DNA of 32,000 nt from Sinorhizobium meliloti (GTDB taxonomy: Bacteria > Pseudomonadota > Alphaproteobacteria > Rhizobiales > Rhizobiaceae). Below are positions 22,109 to 31,953 of the stretch, one piece after another. The stretch covers positions 660,001-692,000 of the forward strand of contig NZ_JAGIOS010000001.1 of assembly GCF_017876815.1 (NCBI RefSeq). The letters run 5' to 3'. The notes under the pieces are model-generated. The model worked only from the letters and a program-made list of their open reading frames with translations. It made no database searches and had not been told where the DNA came from. A program made the translations under genes and the position numbers. Numbering within the stretch: position 1 is the first letter of the stretch; each line of letters begins with the position of its first letter.

Positions 22109-25100
22109 ATGACGGTTGAAATCATAGGGCGTGCATGCCTTGCCCCGGGAGCGAAATCTCCGCAGGCGCTGTTCAAAATCCTTCGTCAGGGCAAGTGCAC
22201 CGTGACCCGCGTCCCTTCGGACCGCTGGGACCTTGCGCGTTTCTGGCACCCGGTCATGGGCACGCCCGGCAAGACCTATTCGTTTGCCGCCGGCGTTCTC
22301 GACCATATCTACGATTTCGATCCCGCCGTTTTCGGGATGTCGCAGCGCGAGGCCATGTATATGGACCCGCAGCAGCGGGTTCTGTTGCAGCTCGCCTGGC
22401 GAGCGCTCGAGGACGCCAATATTTCCGTGGCGTCGCTGCACGGTGAAAATGTCGGCGTCTATGTCGGCGCCTCCAGCCTCGACCACGCCAATCTGACGGT
22501 CGACGATCCGGCTGCCGCCGGGCCCTACTTCATGACGGGCAATACGCTGTCGATCGTCTCCAACCGTATTTCCCACGTCTTCGGCCTGAGCGGCCCGAGC
22601 ATGACCGTCGACACGGCCTGTTCCTCTTCGCTCGTGGCCCTCGATCAGGCGATGCGGGCGCTGAACGCCGGAGAGATCGACACGGCCATCGTCGGCGGCG
22701 TCAATATCCTCGCCCACCCGCTTCCCTTCGTCGGCTTCGCCCAGGCGCGCATGCTCTCGCCCGAAGGGCTCTGCCGCGCCTATGACAATGACGGCGCCGG
22801 CTATGTTCGCGCCGAGGGCGGCGTCGTCTTCGTCCTGCGCCGCACCGACCGGGCGCAACGCGAGCGCGACCGGAGCTATGCCCGGATCGTCGCCTCCGGC
22901 GTCAATTCGGCCGGGCGCACCAACGGCATCTCGCTGCCCTCGCGCGAGGCGCAGGCCAATCTGCTGAGGATGATCTACGAAGGCAACGGCATCGACGCCA
23001 ACCAGGTCGCCTTCGTAGAAGGCCATGGTACCGGCACGAAGGTCGGCGACCCGGCGGAGGTATGGTCCATAGGCACGGTGATCGGCGCGAAGCGCCGGGC
23101 CCCGGTGCCGATCGGCTCGATAAAGTCCAATATCGGCCATACCGAGCCGGCCTCCGGCCTGTTCGGGATGATGAAGGCGGTTCTGGCTCTGGAGAACAAT
23201 TATCTGCCGGCCTCGCTGCATTTCGAGACGCCGAACGAGCAGATCGACTTCGACGGCCTCAATGTCCGTGTGACCGCCAATCCGATCGAGCTTCTGAAGG
23301 GCAAGCGGGCGCGGCTCGCCGGCATTAATTCCTTCGGCTTCGGCGGCGCCAACGCCCATGTCGTCATCAGCGATCCGGATCCGGCACAGGCGGAAAAGGC
23401 TGCGACCTCGCCGGCGGGCCACGTGTTTCTGGCAAGCGCCCATACCGCGTCGAGCCTCGAAAACCTGCTCAGAGACTATAAGGCCGCCTTTGCGGGCGCG
23501 ACGAAGGAAGAGACGCGCGCGATCGTCGCCGCCTCCGGCGCCAATCGGACGCATATGCGCCATCGGTTCGCGGCACGCAGCGATCATCCCGAAGATATCA
23601 TCCGGGCGATTGCCAACCACCTGGAAAAGCCCGGCTCCGATATCGGGGAGACGGGCGAAGCGGCCGCGAAAGAAGCAAAGGTCGCCTTCGTCTTCTCCGG
23701 CAACGGCTCGCAATGGGCCGGCATGGGTGTCGAGGCCTTCCGCGAGAATCTGCACTTCCGTCAGTCGTTCACTTCGGTCAGCGCCCTTTTCAGGTTCCAT
23801 TCGGATATCGTCCTCACCGATCTCCTGACCGACCCCGGACTCGACAGGAAGCTCGCGGATACGAAGGTGGCCCAGCCGCTGCTTTTCGCGATACAGGCCG
23901 CGCTCTCCGACTCGCTCGTGGCCATGGGCATCAAGCCGACCGCCGTCTTCGGTCATTCGGTCGGCGAAATCGCTGCGGCTTATGCAGCGGGGGCGCTGTC
24001 GCTCGTCGACGCCGTGTCGATCGTCGCCAAACGATCGCTGCACCAGGACCTTCTGGCCGGCCAGGGCACGATGGCGGCCGTTATGCTGGGCGAGGAGGCA
24101 GCCAAGGCCTTCGCGGCGGAGCGCGGTCTCGACGATGTCTGCGTCGCAGCAATCAACGCTCACAATTCGGTGACGATTTCCGGCCCGGCGAACGAGATCT
24201 CGGCGTTCCGCGACGCTGCGCGCAAGGTGAAAATCCCGGTTCAGATCCTCGACATCAATTATCCGTTCCACCATCCGATCATCGACCGGGCGAAAGAGGC
24301 GTTCCTCTCCGACATCCCTGATATCGCCCCCCGACGGACGGAGCTGGCCTATCTGTCGACCGTCACGGGTGCCGCGCTCGACGGGACTGCTCTCGATCCC
24401 GACTACTGGTGGAAGAACGTTCGCGAGCCCGTGCGTTTCCAGGCCGCAGCCGAGGCCGCGCTCGATCTCGGCTGCATGCTGTTCATCGAGATCTCGCCGC
24501 GTCCGATCCTTGGCTCCTACGTCAAGGAGACGATCAAGCAGGCGGCAGTGCCGGCTTCGGTGGTGGCGACATTGCTGCGCGACGCCGGCGCGAACGGCCA
24601 CGATCCGATCTCCGCGTCGATGGCGCGCGCAGTCGCCCACGGTGCCGCCGTCGACCGGTCGCGTGTCTATGGCAAGCGGGACGCATTCATCGAACTCCCC
24701 GCGCTGCCCTTCGAGCCGGTGGAACTGCGGCCGGCGGCCACGACCGATGCGACGGATCTCTTCGGACGTTCCGCAAAGCCCTATCGGCTCAACGGCTGGC
24801 GCGGCGACCCCAATGCGGGAAGCTGGAAAAACCACGTCGACGCGCATCTCTTCCCTGATCTCGCCGAACACGTGGTCGACGGCAAGGCGATCCTCCCGGG
24901 CAGCGGTTTCATCGAAATCGCCGTTTCCGCCGCCCAGCAATATCACGGCAGCGACGAGGTCGAGATCACCAATCTGGAGATCGTCCGCCCGCTCGAACTG
25001 AGCGACAGCCGCATCATGGAACTCTCGACCATCCTGTCGCCGGAGACCGGCGACATCGAGATCCGGTCGCGCGAACGTCTCTCGGAAGACGATTGGACGG

Positions 25101-28100
25101 TGCATGCCGTCGCGCGAAGCCGCAAGCCCTTGCCGACGACGAGCAACGACTGTCCGTCCACCAAAGGCTTGGCGAAGACGGCGACCGTGACGGCGGCCAA
25201 GGCCTATGAAACGGCGAAGCAGTTCGGGCTGGACTACGGCCCGCAATTCCAGCTTCTCTCCAAAGCCGTGGCCTATGGCGACCGGCTCATCGACGTCGAG
25301 TTGAAGCACCCCCAGGCATCGGGGCACCCCCACGTCACCTACGCCCTTCATCCGATCTCGGTCGACGCGACCTTCCACGGCCTGGTCGCACTCTTCGACC
25401 GCTTCACCGGCGACAAGGGCGGCGCCCCCTATATTCCTGTCCGTTTCGGCTCCGTGCGCGTCGTCAATGCCGGCCGGCCGATCGCCCGCGCAACGATCGA
25501 GATCGAGCGGGTCAGCGCCAACTCGATCAAGGCACGGTTCCATTTCTTCGACGAGACCGGCGTCGCGATCGCACACTTCGAGGATTGCCGCTTCCGCCGT
25601 ACCTATCTGCGCAAGCACAAGACGCTTGAAGGCCTTTCCTTCCACTATGAGGCAGTTCTGTCGGACGTGGTCATGCCCGGCACGAAAGTTGCGACGGCCA
25701 TGCCTGCGACGCTGGCCGAGCCGATCGATGACAATGGCGTCGACAACGCGACCCTGCTCTTCAACGCCGCCATCTACCGCGCCTGCCAGGAAATTGCCCT
25801 GAAGCTCGGCAGGGGGACCGCCACAGTGCGAGGCGACGCGCTGCCCGGGGACTTCGCGTTCCAGTGCTTCCTGACGAGCTGCCTGCTGACGCTCGAGGAT
25901 GCCGGCCTTTGCGAGCACCAGAACGGCAACTGGAAGGTCGCACGGGAGTTCTCGCTTCCGACCGTTCCGGAGATCCTTGGCGAGCTCTATGGCGACCGCC
26001 CCGATCGTGCGGTGGAAGCGGTGCTCGTCAACAACGCCTATGCGGAAGCACTCAGCCGTCTCGACGCGCTGCTTGGGCCGGTGCGTGCAGGCGACGACGC
26101 GGCTTCGTTCAATGCCGGTTTCATCAGCGAAGCGACGCTCGACCATCAGGCCGTGCATTCCGTGGCGAGCCGGTCCCGGATGGACCAGGTGCTTCATACG
26201 GTCGAACACGTTCTCGCTGCGCAGCCGGCAGGCGCCCGCCTGCGTCTCATCGAACTCGGCAGCGTCTCCGCCGGCTTCAGCCGCCGGCTGGCCGATCTGG
26301 CAGCGCGCAATGGTGCAGCACTTTCCATTTTCGAGCCGCGCGACAATGCACAACGGAATCTGGAAATCGCCTTCGAGGAGGATGCGCATGTGCGCGTTCT
26401 GAAGAAGAGCGAATTCGCCGATATCGGCCCGTTCGACCTCGCCGTAAGTGCTTCGGACAATCTCTACCAGCTGATCGAAGAGGAGAGCGGCGTCCGCACG
26501 GCCCTTCGCTCCATGCCCCCCGGAAGCGGGCTCGTCGCGGCCGTCAGCGCGCCGTCGATCTTCGCCGATTTCGCCTTGGGTCTCTCGGGCGGATGGTTCG
26601 AGCGCAGCCAGACGGCAGAATTCCCGATCGGCAGGATCGCGGCCGTACCCCATTGGCAGAAGTGTCTCGCAGATCTCGACCTCGGCGACGTGGTCGTGAC
26701 GGATCGCGAATGCCCGCATGGGAACACCATCCTGATCGAGGCCCGGGGCACAGCGGCGGCGGGCGCAGGCGCCGAGCCGGGCGAAATCGCGACACCATAT
26801 CTGCTGATCGAGACTGCCACTGCCCAGAAACCGGTCGCAGCCGGTGGAAGGAGTGCCGCTCCCGTCCGTGTGACAGGCGACCTTGCCGCAGACATGGCGA
26901 CGCTCCGCGCAGCCCTCGAAGCCATGGGCGACAGACCGTTGCGCGCGGTTTTCATGTCCGAGGCGGAGCGCGCCGCCGGCGACGGTTCGACCCTGCTGCA
27001 GACGCGTGTATTGGCGCTCAGCGCCTTTGCCGAGGCATTGAAACAGCATCTCGCCGGCGTCGAGCCGGAGGGCGACGACCGGCCGCGCCTAGTGCTCGTG
27101 GCCCCGGGCGGCGCTCCCTTGTCAGCCTCGGCAAGCTCCGGGCTGAATTCCGGATTGTGGGCCTTCGCCCGCGTCCTTCAGAACGAATATGAGTTTATCG
27201 ACGTCCACACGCTCGATCTTGCCGGTGATGCCGACATCGGCCGCAAGGATATGCTTGCCGCAGCGCTTCCCCTGCTGAGGGTTTCGGGACAGAACCGGGA
27301 ATGGCTGCTCGACCGGAAGACGGGCCTGCTGTCGGAGCTTCGGGCCGTACCCGGCGCAACGAACAAGGCTGACGGGAAAACCAACGCCTTCGCGGCCGCG
27401 ACCATTCGCCAGCGCGTCAGCTCGCAGGTTGCAAGCATCGCCTGGGAAGAGGCGAGCGTACCGGAGCCGGGCCCCAACGAGGTCGTCGTCGCCGTCGCGG
27501 CAACCGGCTTGAATTTCCGCGACGTGATGTGGGCCATGGGCCTGTTGCCGGAAGAGGCGTTGGAAGACGGCTTCGCCGGGGCAACCATCGGCATGGAACT
27601 GTCCGGCCACGTGGTCGCGGTCGGCGAAGAGATCGACGATCTCGCGGTCGGCGATGCGGTGATGGCGATCGCCTCCGCCGCCTTCTCGACCCATGCGGTC
27701 GTCGCGCGCGCCGGCATCGCCAAGCTGCCGCGAGCGTTGAGCCCGGTGGCCGCGGCCACATTGCCGGTCGCCTTCCTTACCGCCTACTACGCCATTGTCG
27801 AGCTCGGCCGCATTCAGGCTGGAGAGACGATTTTGATCCACGGTGCTGCCGGCGGCGTCGGCCTTGCCGCGCTCCAGGTCGCAAAGCTCAAGGGCGCCAA
27901 GGTCATCGCCACGGCGGGAACGCGCGAAAAGCGGCGCTTCCTGACGATGCTCGGCGCCGATCATGTCTTCGATTCGCGTTCGCTCGGCTTCGTCGAGGAT
28001 GTCCGTTCGGTCACCGGCGGGGAAGGCGTCGACCTCGTGCTCAATTCGCTTTTCGCCGAAGCGATGGAGCAGAGCCTCTCGCTGGTGAAACCCTTTGGCC

Positions 28101-29617
28101 GGTTCCTGGAACTCGGCAAGCGCGACTATTACGCCGACAGCAAGATCGGGCTCAGGCCGTTCCGCCGCAATGTCAGCTATTTCGGCATCGACGCCGATCA
28201 GTTGCTGGTGAATGCGCCGGATCTGACCAGGCGCATCTTCATGGAGATCGGAGCGCTCTTCGAGGAAGGCAAGCTCACGCCGCTTCCCTATCGCGCCTTC
28301 GATTACGATGAAATCGGCAATGCCTTCCGGCTGATGCAGAATGCCGGGCATATCGGCAAGATCGTGGTGCTGCCGCCCGTTGCCGGCAGGCACGAGGTGA
28401 CGGCGAAGGCTGTGAGGGGCATGAAGGTCGACCCGGACGGCGTCCATCTCGTCGTCGGCGGCATCGGTGGCTTCGGCCTCGTCGCCGCCAACTGGCTCGT
28501 CGAGAAAGGCGCACGCCGTATTGCGCTTTGCTCCCGCCGAGGCCAGCCGGATGCGGAGACGCGCGCGATGATCGAGCGCTGGCAGAATGGCGGCGTTGCG
28601 GCTTCGGTCCATGCTTGCGACATCACGGATGCCGCGGCCGTGGAGACGCTTCTGGCGACGCTTCGTTCGGAAGCACCGCTTCGCTCCGTCGTTCACGCGG
28701 CGATGGTGCTCGACGATGCGCTGATCGGCAATCTGAGCCGCGAACGCAACCGGCCGGTCATCGACACGAAAGCCAAGGGCGCGGCAATTCTCGATCGCCT
28801 TACCCGTGGTGACAGGCTCGACAACTTCATCCTGTTCTCCTCGGCCACGACGCTGGTCGGCAACCCCGGCCAGGCGAACTATGTCGCCGCCAACGGCTAT
28901 CTCGAAGGCCTTGCCCGTGCACGGCGCCAGGAGGGCCTGGCAGGGCTCGCCATCGGCTTCGGCGCGATTGCCGATGCCGGCTACCTGACGCAGAACGCCG
29001 ATGTCAACGACCTGCTCGCCAAGCGCATCGGCAAAACGGCGCTGAAGGCCCAGGTGGCGCTCGACATGGTGGAAAACCACGTCGCCGCGGATCCGGGCAC
29101 GGTCGACGCGGCCGTCGTGATGATTTCGGAGATCGACTGGACGGCTGCGCGGAACCTGCCGGTCGCCCGCAACGCGCTCTTCGAGGTGATCCTGCGCAGC
29201 GCCGATCAGCATGCCGCAGGCGCCGAGGGCACGACGATGGATCTCGTCGCCATGATCGAAGGCAAATCGCCGCAGGAGGCCGAGGACATCCTCTTCGATC
29301 TAGTGGCCGGCGAGATCGCTGCCATCCTTCGCGTCTCGAAGGATACGGTCACTCGCGGAAAGATATTGAAGGAGATCGGCCTCGACAGCCTCATGGCCGT
29401 TGAACTCGGCATGAGTTTCCAGCAGAACACCGGCTTCGACATGCCTTTGAGCGGCGTCGCGGACAATACCACGGTCGGCGACATCGCGCGCAAGCTCCAT
29501 GAAAAGGTAAGCAAGCGTGACCAGGGCAACGAGAACGAGGCCGGTGACGACAAGCTTGTAACAGAACTCACGCAGCGTCATGTCGGAGCGGACAAGGAAA
29601 AAGCACTGAGTCAATGA
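22109..29617 (+). CDS. rkpA: Fully reducing type I polyketide/fatty-acid synthase (KS-AT-DH-linker-ER-KR-ACP, no thioesterase)
   Basis: KS: VEIIGRACLAPG, DTACSSSL (Cys codon 22619), EGHGTGT, NIGHTE. AT: FVFSGNGSQWAGMG, GHSVGE (Ser codon 23957). DH: HVVDGKAILPGSG (His codon 24869). ER: LNFRDV..., ILIHGAAGGVGLAALQ (about 27390-28375). KR: VVGGIGGFGL (about 28440-28990). ACP: LGLDSLMAVEL (Ser codon 29387). Start taken at ATG 22109, giving 2502 aa; the track start is TTG 22058. The size and context match my recollection of rkpA in the rkp-1 region. Confidence 0.95.
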   Translation: MTVEIIGRACLAPGAKSPQALFKILRQGKCTVTRVPSDRWDLARFWHPVMGTPGKTYSFAAGVLDHIYDFDPAVFGMSQREAMYMDPQQRVLLQLAWRALEDANISVASLHGENVGVYVGASSLDHANLTVDDPAAAGPYFMTGNTLSIVSNRISHVFGLSGPSMTVDTACSSSLVALDQAMRALNAGEIDTAIVGGVNILAHPLPFVGFAQARMLSPEGLCRAYDNDGAGYVRAEGGVVFVLRRTDRAQRERDRSYARIVASGVNSAGRTNGISLPSREAQANLLRMIYEGNGIDANQVAFVEGHGTGTKVGDPAEVWSIGTVIGAKRRAPVPIGSIKSNIGHTEPASGLFGMMKAVLALENNYLPASLHFETPNEQIDFDGLNVRVTANPIELLKGKRARLAGINSFGFGGANAHVVISDPDPAQAEKAATSPAGHVFLASAHTASSLENLLRDYKAAFAGATKEETRAIVAASGANRTHMRHRFAARSDHPEDIIRAIANHLEKPGSDIGETGEAAAKEAKVAFVFSGNGSQWAGMGVEAFRENLHFRQSFTSVSALFRFHSDIVLTDLLTDPGLDRKLADTKVAQPLLFAIQAALSDSLVAMGIKPTAVFGHSVGEIAAAYAAGALSLVDAVSIVAKRSLHQDLLAGQGTMAAVMLGEEAAKAFAAERGLDDVCVAAINAHNSVTISGPANEISAFRDAARKVKIPVQILDINYPFHHPIIDRAKEAFLSDIPDIAPRRTELAYLSTVTGAALDGTALDPDYWWKNVREPVRFQAAAEAALDLGCMLFIEISPRPILGSYVKETIKQAAVPASVVATLLRDAGANGHDPISASMARAVAHGAAVDRSRVYGKRDAFIELPALPFEPVELRPAATTDATDLFGRSAKPYRLNGWRGDPNAGSWKNHVDAHLFPDLAEHVVDGKAILPGSGFIEIAVSAAQQYHGSDEVEITNLEIVRPLELSDSRIMELSTILSPETGDIEIRSRERLSEDDWTVHAVARSRKPLPTTSNDCPSTKGLAKTATVTAAKAYETAKQFGLDYGPQFQLLSKAVAYGDRLIDVELKHPQASGHPHVTYALHPISVDATFHGLVALFDRFTGDKGGAPYIPVRFGSVRVVNAGRPIARATIEIERVSANSIKARFHFFDETGVAIAHFEDCRFRRTYLRKHKTLEGLSFHYEAVLSDVVMPGTKVATAMPATLAEPIDDNGVDNATLLFNAAIYRACQEIALKLGRGTATVRGDALPGDFAFQCFLTSCLLTLEDAGLCEHQNGNWKVAREFSLPTVPEILGELYGDRPDRAVEAVLVNNAYAEALSRLDALLGPVRAGDDAASFNAGFISEATLDHQAVHSVASRSRMDQVLHTVEHVLAAQPAGARLRLIELGSVSAGFSRRLADLAARNGAALSIFEPRDNAQRNLEIAFEEDAHVRVLKKSEFADIGPFDLAVSASDNLYQLIEEESGVRTALRSMPPGSGLVAAVSAPSIFADFALGLSGGWFERSQTAEFPIGRIAAVPHWQKCLADLDLGDVVVTDRECPHGNTILIEARGTAAAGAGAEPGEIATPYLLIETATAQKPVAAGGRSAAPVRVTGDLAADMATLRAALEAMGDRPLRAVFMSEAERAAGDGSTLLQTRVLALSAFAEALKQHLAGVEPEGDDRPRLVLVAPGGAPLSASASSGLNSGLWAFARVLQNEYEFIDVHTLDLAGDADIGRKDMLAAALPLLRVSGQNREWLLDRKTGLLSELRAVPGATNKADGKTNAFAAATIRQRVSSQVASIAWEEASVPEPGPNEVVVAVAATGLNFRDVMWAMGLLPEEALEDGFAGATIGMELSGHVVAVGEEIDDLAVGDAVMAIASAAFSTHAVVARAGIAKLPRALSPVAAATLPVAFLTAYYAIVELGRIQAGETILIHGAAGGVGLAALQVAKLKGAKVIATAGTREKRRFLTMLGADHVFDSRSLGFVEDVRSVTGGEGVDLVLNSLFAEAMEQSLSLVKPFGRFLELGKRDYYADSKIGLRPFRRNVSYFGIDADQLLVNAPDLTRRIFMEIGALFEEGKLTPLPYRAFDYDEIGNAFRLMQNAGHIGKIVVLPPVAGRHEVTAKAVRGMKVDPDGVHLVVGGIGGFGLVAANWLVEKGARRIALCSRRGQPDAETRAMIERWQNGGVAASVHACDITDAAAVETLLATLRSEAPLRSVVHAAMVLDDALIGNLSRERNRPVIDTKAKGAAILDRLTRGDRLDNFILFSSATTLVGNPGQANYVAANGYLEGLARARRQEGLAGLAIGFGAIADAGYLTQNADVNDLLAKRIGKTALKAQVALDMVENHVAADPGTVDAAVVMISEIDWTAARNLPVARNALFEVILRSADQHAAGAEGTTMDLVAMIEGKSPQEAEDILFDLVAGEIAAILRVSKDTVTRGKILKEIGLDSLMAVELGMSFQQNTGFDMPLSGVADNTTVGDIARKLHEKVSKRDQGNENEAGDDKLVTELTQRHVGADKEKALSQ

Positions 29618-31029
29618 GCAACGACGGAAACGGCCAGACCTTCCCGAAAATGAACAGCAGTCTCAAGGAGAGCCTGTTGGACAGGATGCGGAACACGCAT
29701 CAATCGTCCGAGCGCAACCGGATGGCGCGCTCGGAGCGGGAGTTGCCGCCGGCTCCGCGTCGCCAGCAGGCGCGTTTCGAGGATCTACCCGAGTATAAGC
29801 AGGTCCTTACGCAGAAGATCGCCAGCGAGCAGCTCGGCATCGCCAACCCGTTCTACCGGCCGCATCAGACGGCAGCCGGTGCGACGACGATGATCGATGG
29901 CCGCAAGCTGATCAACTTCGCCTCCTATGACTATCTCGGGCTCAACCGGCATGCTCACGTCCTCGAGCGGGCGCGCGAGACGATCGCCGGCTTCGGGATT
30001 TCCGCGTCGGCGAGCCGCCTCGTTGCCGGCGAACGGCCGCAGCATGTGGAGCTGGAAGAAAAGATCGCGCAATTCTGCGGCGTTGATGCCGCCGTCTGTT
30101 TCGTAAGCGGCTACCTGACGAATGTCGCCGCGATCAGCTGCCTGATGGGGCCGAAGGACCTCGTCATCCACGACGAGTTCATCCACAACAGCGCGCTCGC
30201 CGGGATCAAGCTTTCAGGCGCGACACGCCGCTTCTTCAAGCACAACGAGACCGCGGATCTCGAGCATGTCCTGCGCACCGTCGCCGGTGACTACCGGCGC
30301 ATCCTGGTGATCGTCGAGGGCATCTACTCGATGGACGGCGACGTCGCCAATCTGCCGGCGCTTCTGAAGCTCAGGGCCGAATACGGTTTCTGGCTGATGG
30401 TCGACGAGGCGCATTCGCTCGGGGTCCTCGGCCGGCACGGCAGGGGCCTCGCCGAACATTTCGGGGCCGATCCGCACGAAGTCGACATCTGGATGGGAAC
30501 ATTGTCGAAGACGACGTCGAGCTGCGGCGGCTACATAGCAGGAAGCGCCGCCCTGGCGGCCGTGCTGAAGGCATCTGCCGGCGGCTTCGTCTATAGCGTC
30601 GGCCTCGCGCCCGTGCTTGCCGCATCCGCGGTCGCCAGCCTCGACATCCTGGCAAGCGAACCGGAACGCACGGCGGCGGTGAGACGCAACGGCAGCCTGT
30701 TCCTGAAGCTTGCCAAGGAGGCCGGCCTCGATACCGGGCTGAGCGGCGGCTTTTCGGTCGTGCCTGTCATCGTCGGGGATTCGCTGCGCGCCGTCCAGCT
30801 TTCGAACGACCTGCTCGCCGCCGGCGTCAACGTCCTGCCGATCATCCACCCGGCGGTGCCGGAAGGACAGGCGCGCTTGCGCTTCTTCATCACCTGCGAC
30901 CACACCGAGGAACAGATCCGCCGCACCGTCACATTGACGGCCGAACGCCTGAAGGATCTCACCGACCGCAATTTCGGCCTCGGCGGCGTCGATATCGAGA
31001 AGATGCTGAGTGCGCTCTCGGCGCGCTGA
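29614..31029 (+). CDS. rkpG: PLP-dependent alpha-oxoamine synthase (AONS / serine palmitoyltransferase family)
   Basis: INFASYDYLGL, SGYLTNVAA, MVDEAHSLGVLG and GTLSKTTSSCGGY (PLP lysine). The ATG overlaps the rkpA stop as ATGA (29614-29617). There is an N-terminal extension of about 90 aa before the conserved fold. Confidence 0.9.
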   Translation: MSNDGNGQTFPKMNSSLKESLLDRMRNTHQSSERNRMARSERELPPAPRRQQARFEDLPEYKQVLTQKIASEQLGIANPFYRPHQTAAGATTMIDGRKLINFASYDYLGLNRHAHVLERARETIAGFGISASASRLVAGERPQHVELEEKIAQFCGVDAAVCFVSGYLTNVAAISCLMGPKDLVIHDEFIHNSALAGIKLSGATRRFFKHNETADLEHVLRTVAGDYRRILVIVEGIYSMDGDVANLPALLKLRAEYGFWLMVDEAHSLGVLGRHGRGLAEHFGADPHEVDIWMGTLSKTTSSCGGYIAGSAALAAVLKASAGGFVYSVGLAPVLAASAVASLDILASEPERTAAVRRNGSLFLKLAKEAGLDTGLSGGFSVVPVIVGDSLRAVQLSNDLLAAGVNVLPIIHPAVPEGQARLRFFITCDHTEEQIRRTVTLTAERLKDLTDRNFGLGGVDIEKMLSALSAR

Positions 31030-31068
31030 CCACCAGCCGCCGCAGGCGGGCCGCCAACGGGTTCGTCC

Positions 31069-31872
31069 ATGACACATGTGATCATCACCGGCGGCTCGAG
31101 CGGAATTGGCCTTGCGGTCGCCTCGATCTACGCGGCCCGCGGAGCGCGGCTCTCTCTTGTCGCACGCTCGCGCGATCTTCTGGAGAAGGCAGCACAGAAT
31201 CTGGTAGCCGAACACGGTCTCGAGGCTGGAGCTGTCCGTGTGGAGGCCGCCGATGTCTCCAAAGGAGAGGAGATCGAGGCCGCGGTCTTCCGCTGTGTGG
31301 ATGCGTTCGGACCCTGCGACGTTCTCGTGACCTCGGCAGGCGTCGTCGAACCGGCGCCATTCGAGGCGATGCAGGGCGCGGCCTTCCACCGGCAGATGGA
31401 AACGAACTTTTCGGGCACGGTGCATGCCGTGCGCGCAGTTTATCCGGACATGAAGAACAGGCGCCGCGGCCATATTCTGATGGTTTCTTCGGGTGCCGGC
31501 CTGATCGGCATCTACGGATATACCGCCTACTGCGCCTCGAAGTTCGCGCTTAACGGCTTCGCCCAGGCGCTGCGCAGCGAAGCGCGCGCCCACAATGTCG
31601 GCATTTCGATCTGCTTTCCACCCGATACGGAGACGCCGCAATTCAAGAGGGAGCTTGCCGCCCGGCCAGTGGAGGCAAGCGTAATCATGGGAACCGTCCG
31701 CCCATGGACGGCCGAGGCGGTCGCGCGAAAGATCGTCAAGGGCATCGACCGGCGGCGCTTCGAGATTTATTTTGGCGCGGTCTTGTATCTTCTCGGCCGC
31801 TTCGGGCCGGCGGTCAGGCCTTTCCTCAATTGGTGGTTCGACCGGGCAATCGCGCGCAACAGTGGACTGTGA
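31069..31872 (+). CDS. rkpH: Short-chain dehydrogenase/reductase, 3-ketodihydrosphingosine-reductase-like
   Basis: VIITGGSSGIGLAVA (NAD(P)-binding motif), SSGAG ... YCASK (catalytic Ser/Tyr/Lys). Its position after rkpG matches rkp-1 loci. Confidence 0.9.
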   Translation: MTHVIITGGSSGIGLAVASIYAARGARLSLVARSRDLLEKAAQNLVAEHGLEAGAVRVEAADVSKGEEIEAAVFRCVDAFGPCDVLVTSAGVVEPAPFEAMQGAAFHRQMETNFSGTVHAVRAVYPDMKNRRRGHILMVSSGAGLIGIYGYTAYCASKFALNGFAQALRSEARAHNVGISICFPPDTETPQFKRELAARPVEASVIMGTVRPWTAEAVARKIVKGIDRRRFEIYFGAVLYLLGRFGPAVRPFLNWWFDRAIARNSGL

Positions 31873-31953
31873 CGGCGGCGCCCGCGGCCATGCTTGTGCC
31901 AGCCAATATTAGGCTTTAAGTGTCGGGAGAAGCCTTCTGCCGAGGCGGCGACG

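Noticed and set aside
22079-27049. 1656-aa ORF on the minus strand, the second-longest ORF in the window (with companions at 27122-29212 and 30214-31641).
   Set aside because: It lies exactly antisense to rkpA, rkpG and rkpH. The sense frames carry complete, ordered PKS, oxoamine-synthase and SDR catalytic motifs. The antisense translations are Arg/Gly/Asp/Ala-rich with no motif, which is typical of stop-codon-poor antisense frames in high-GC DNA.
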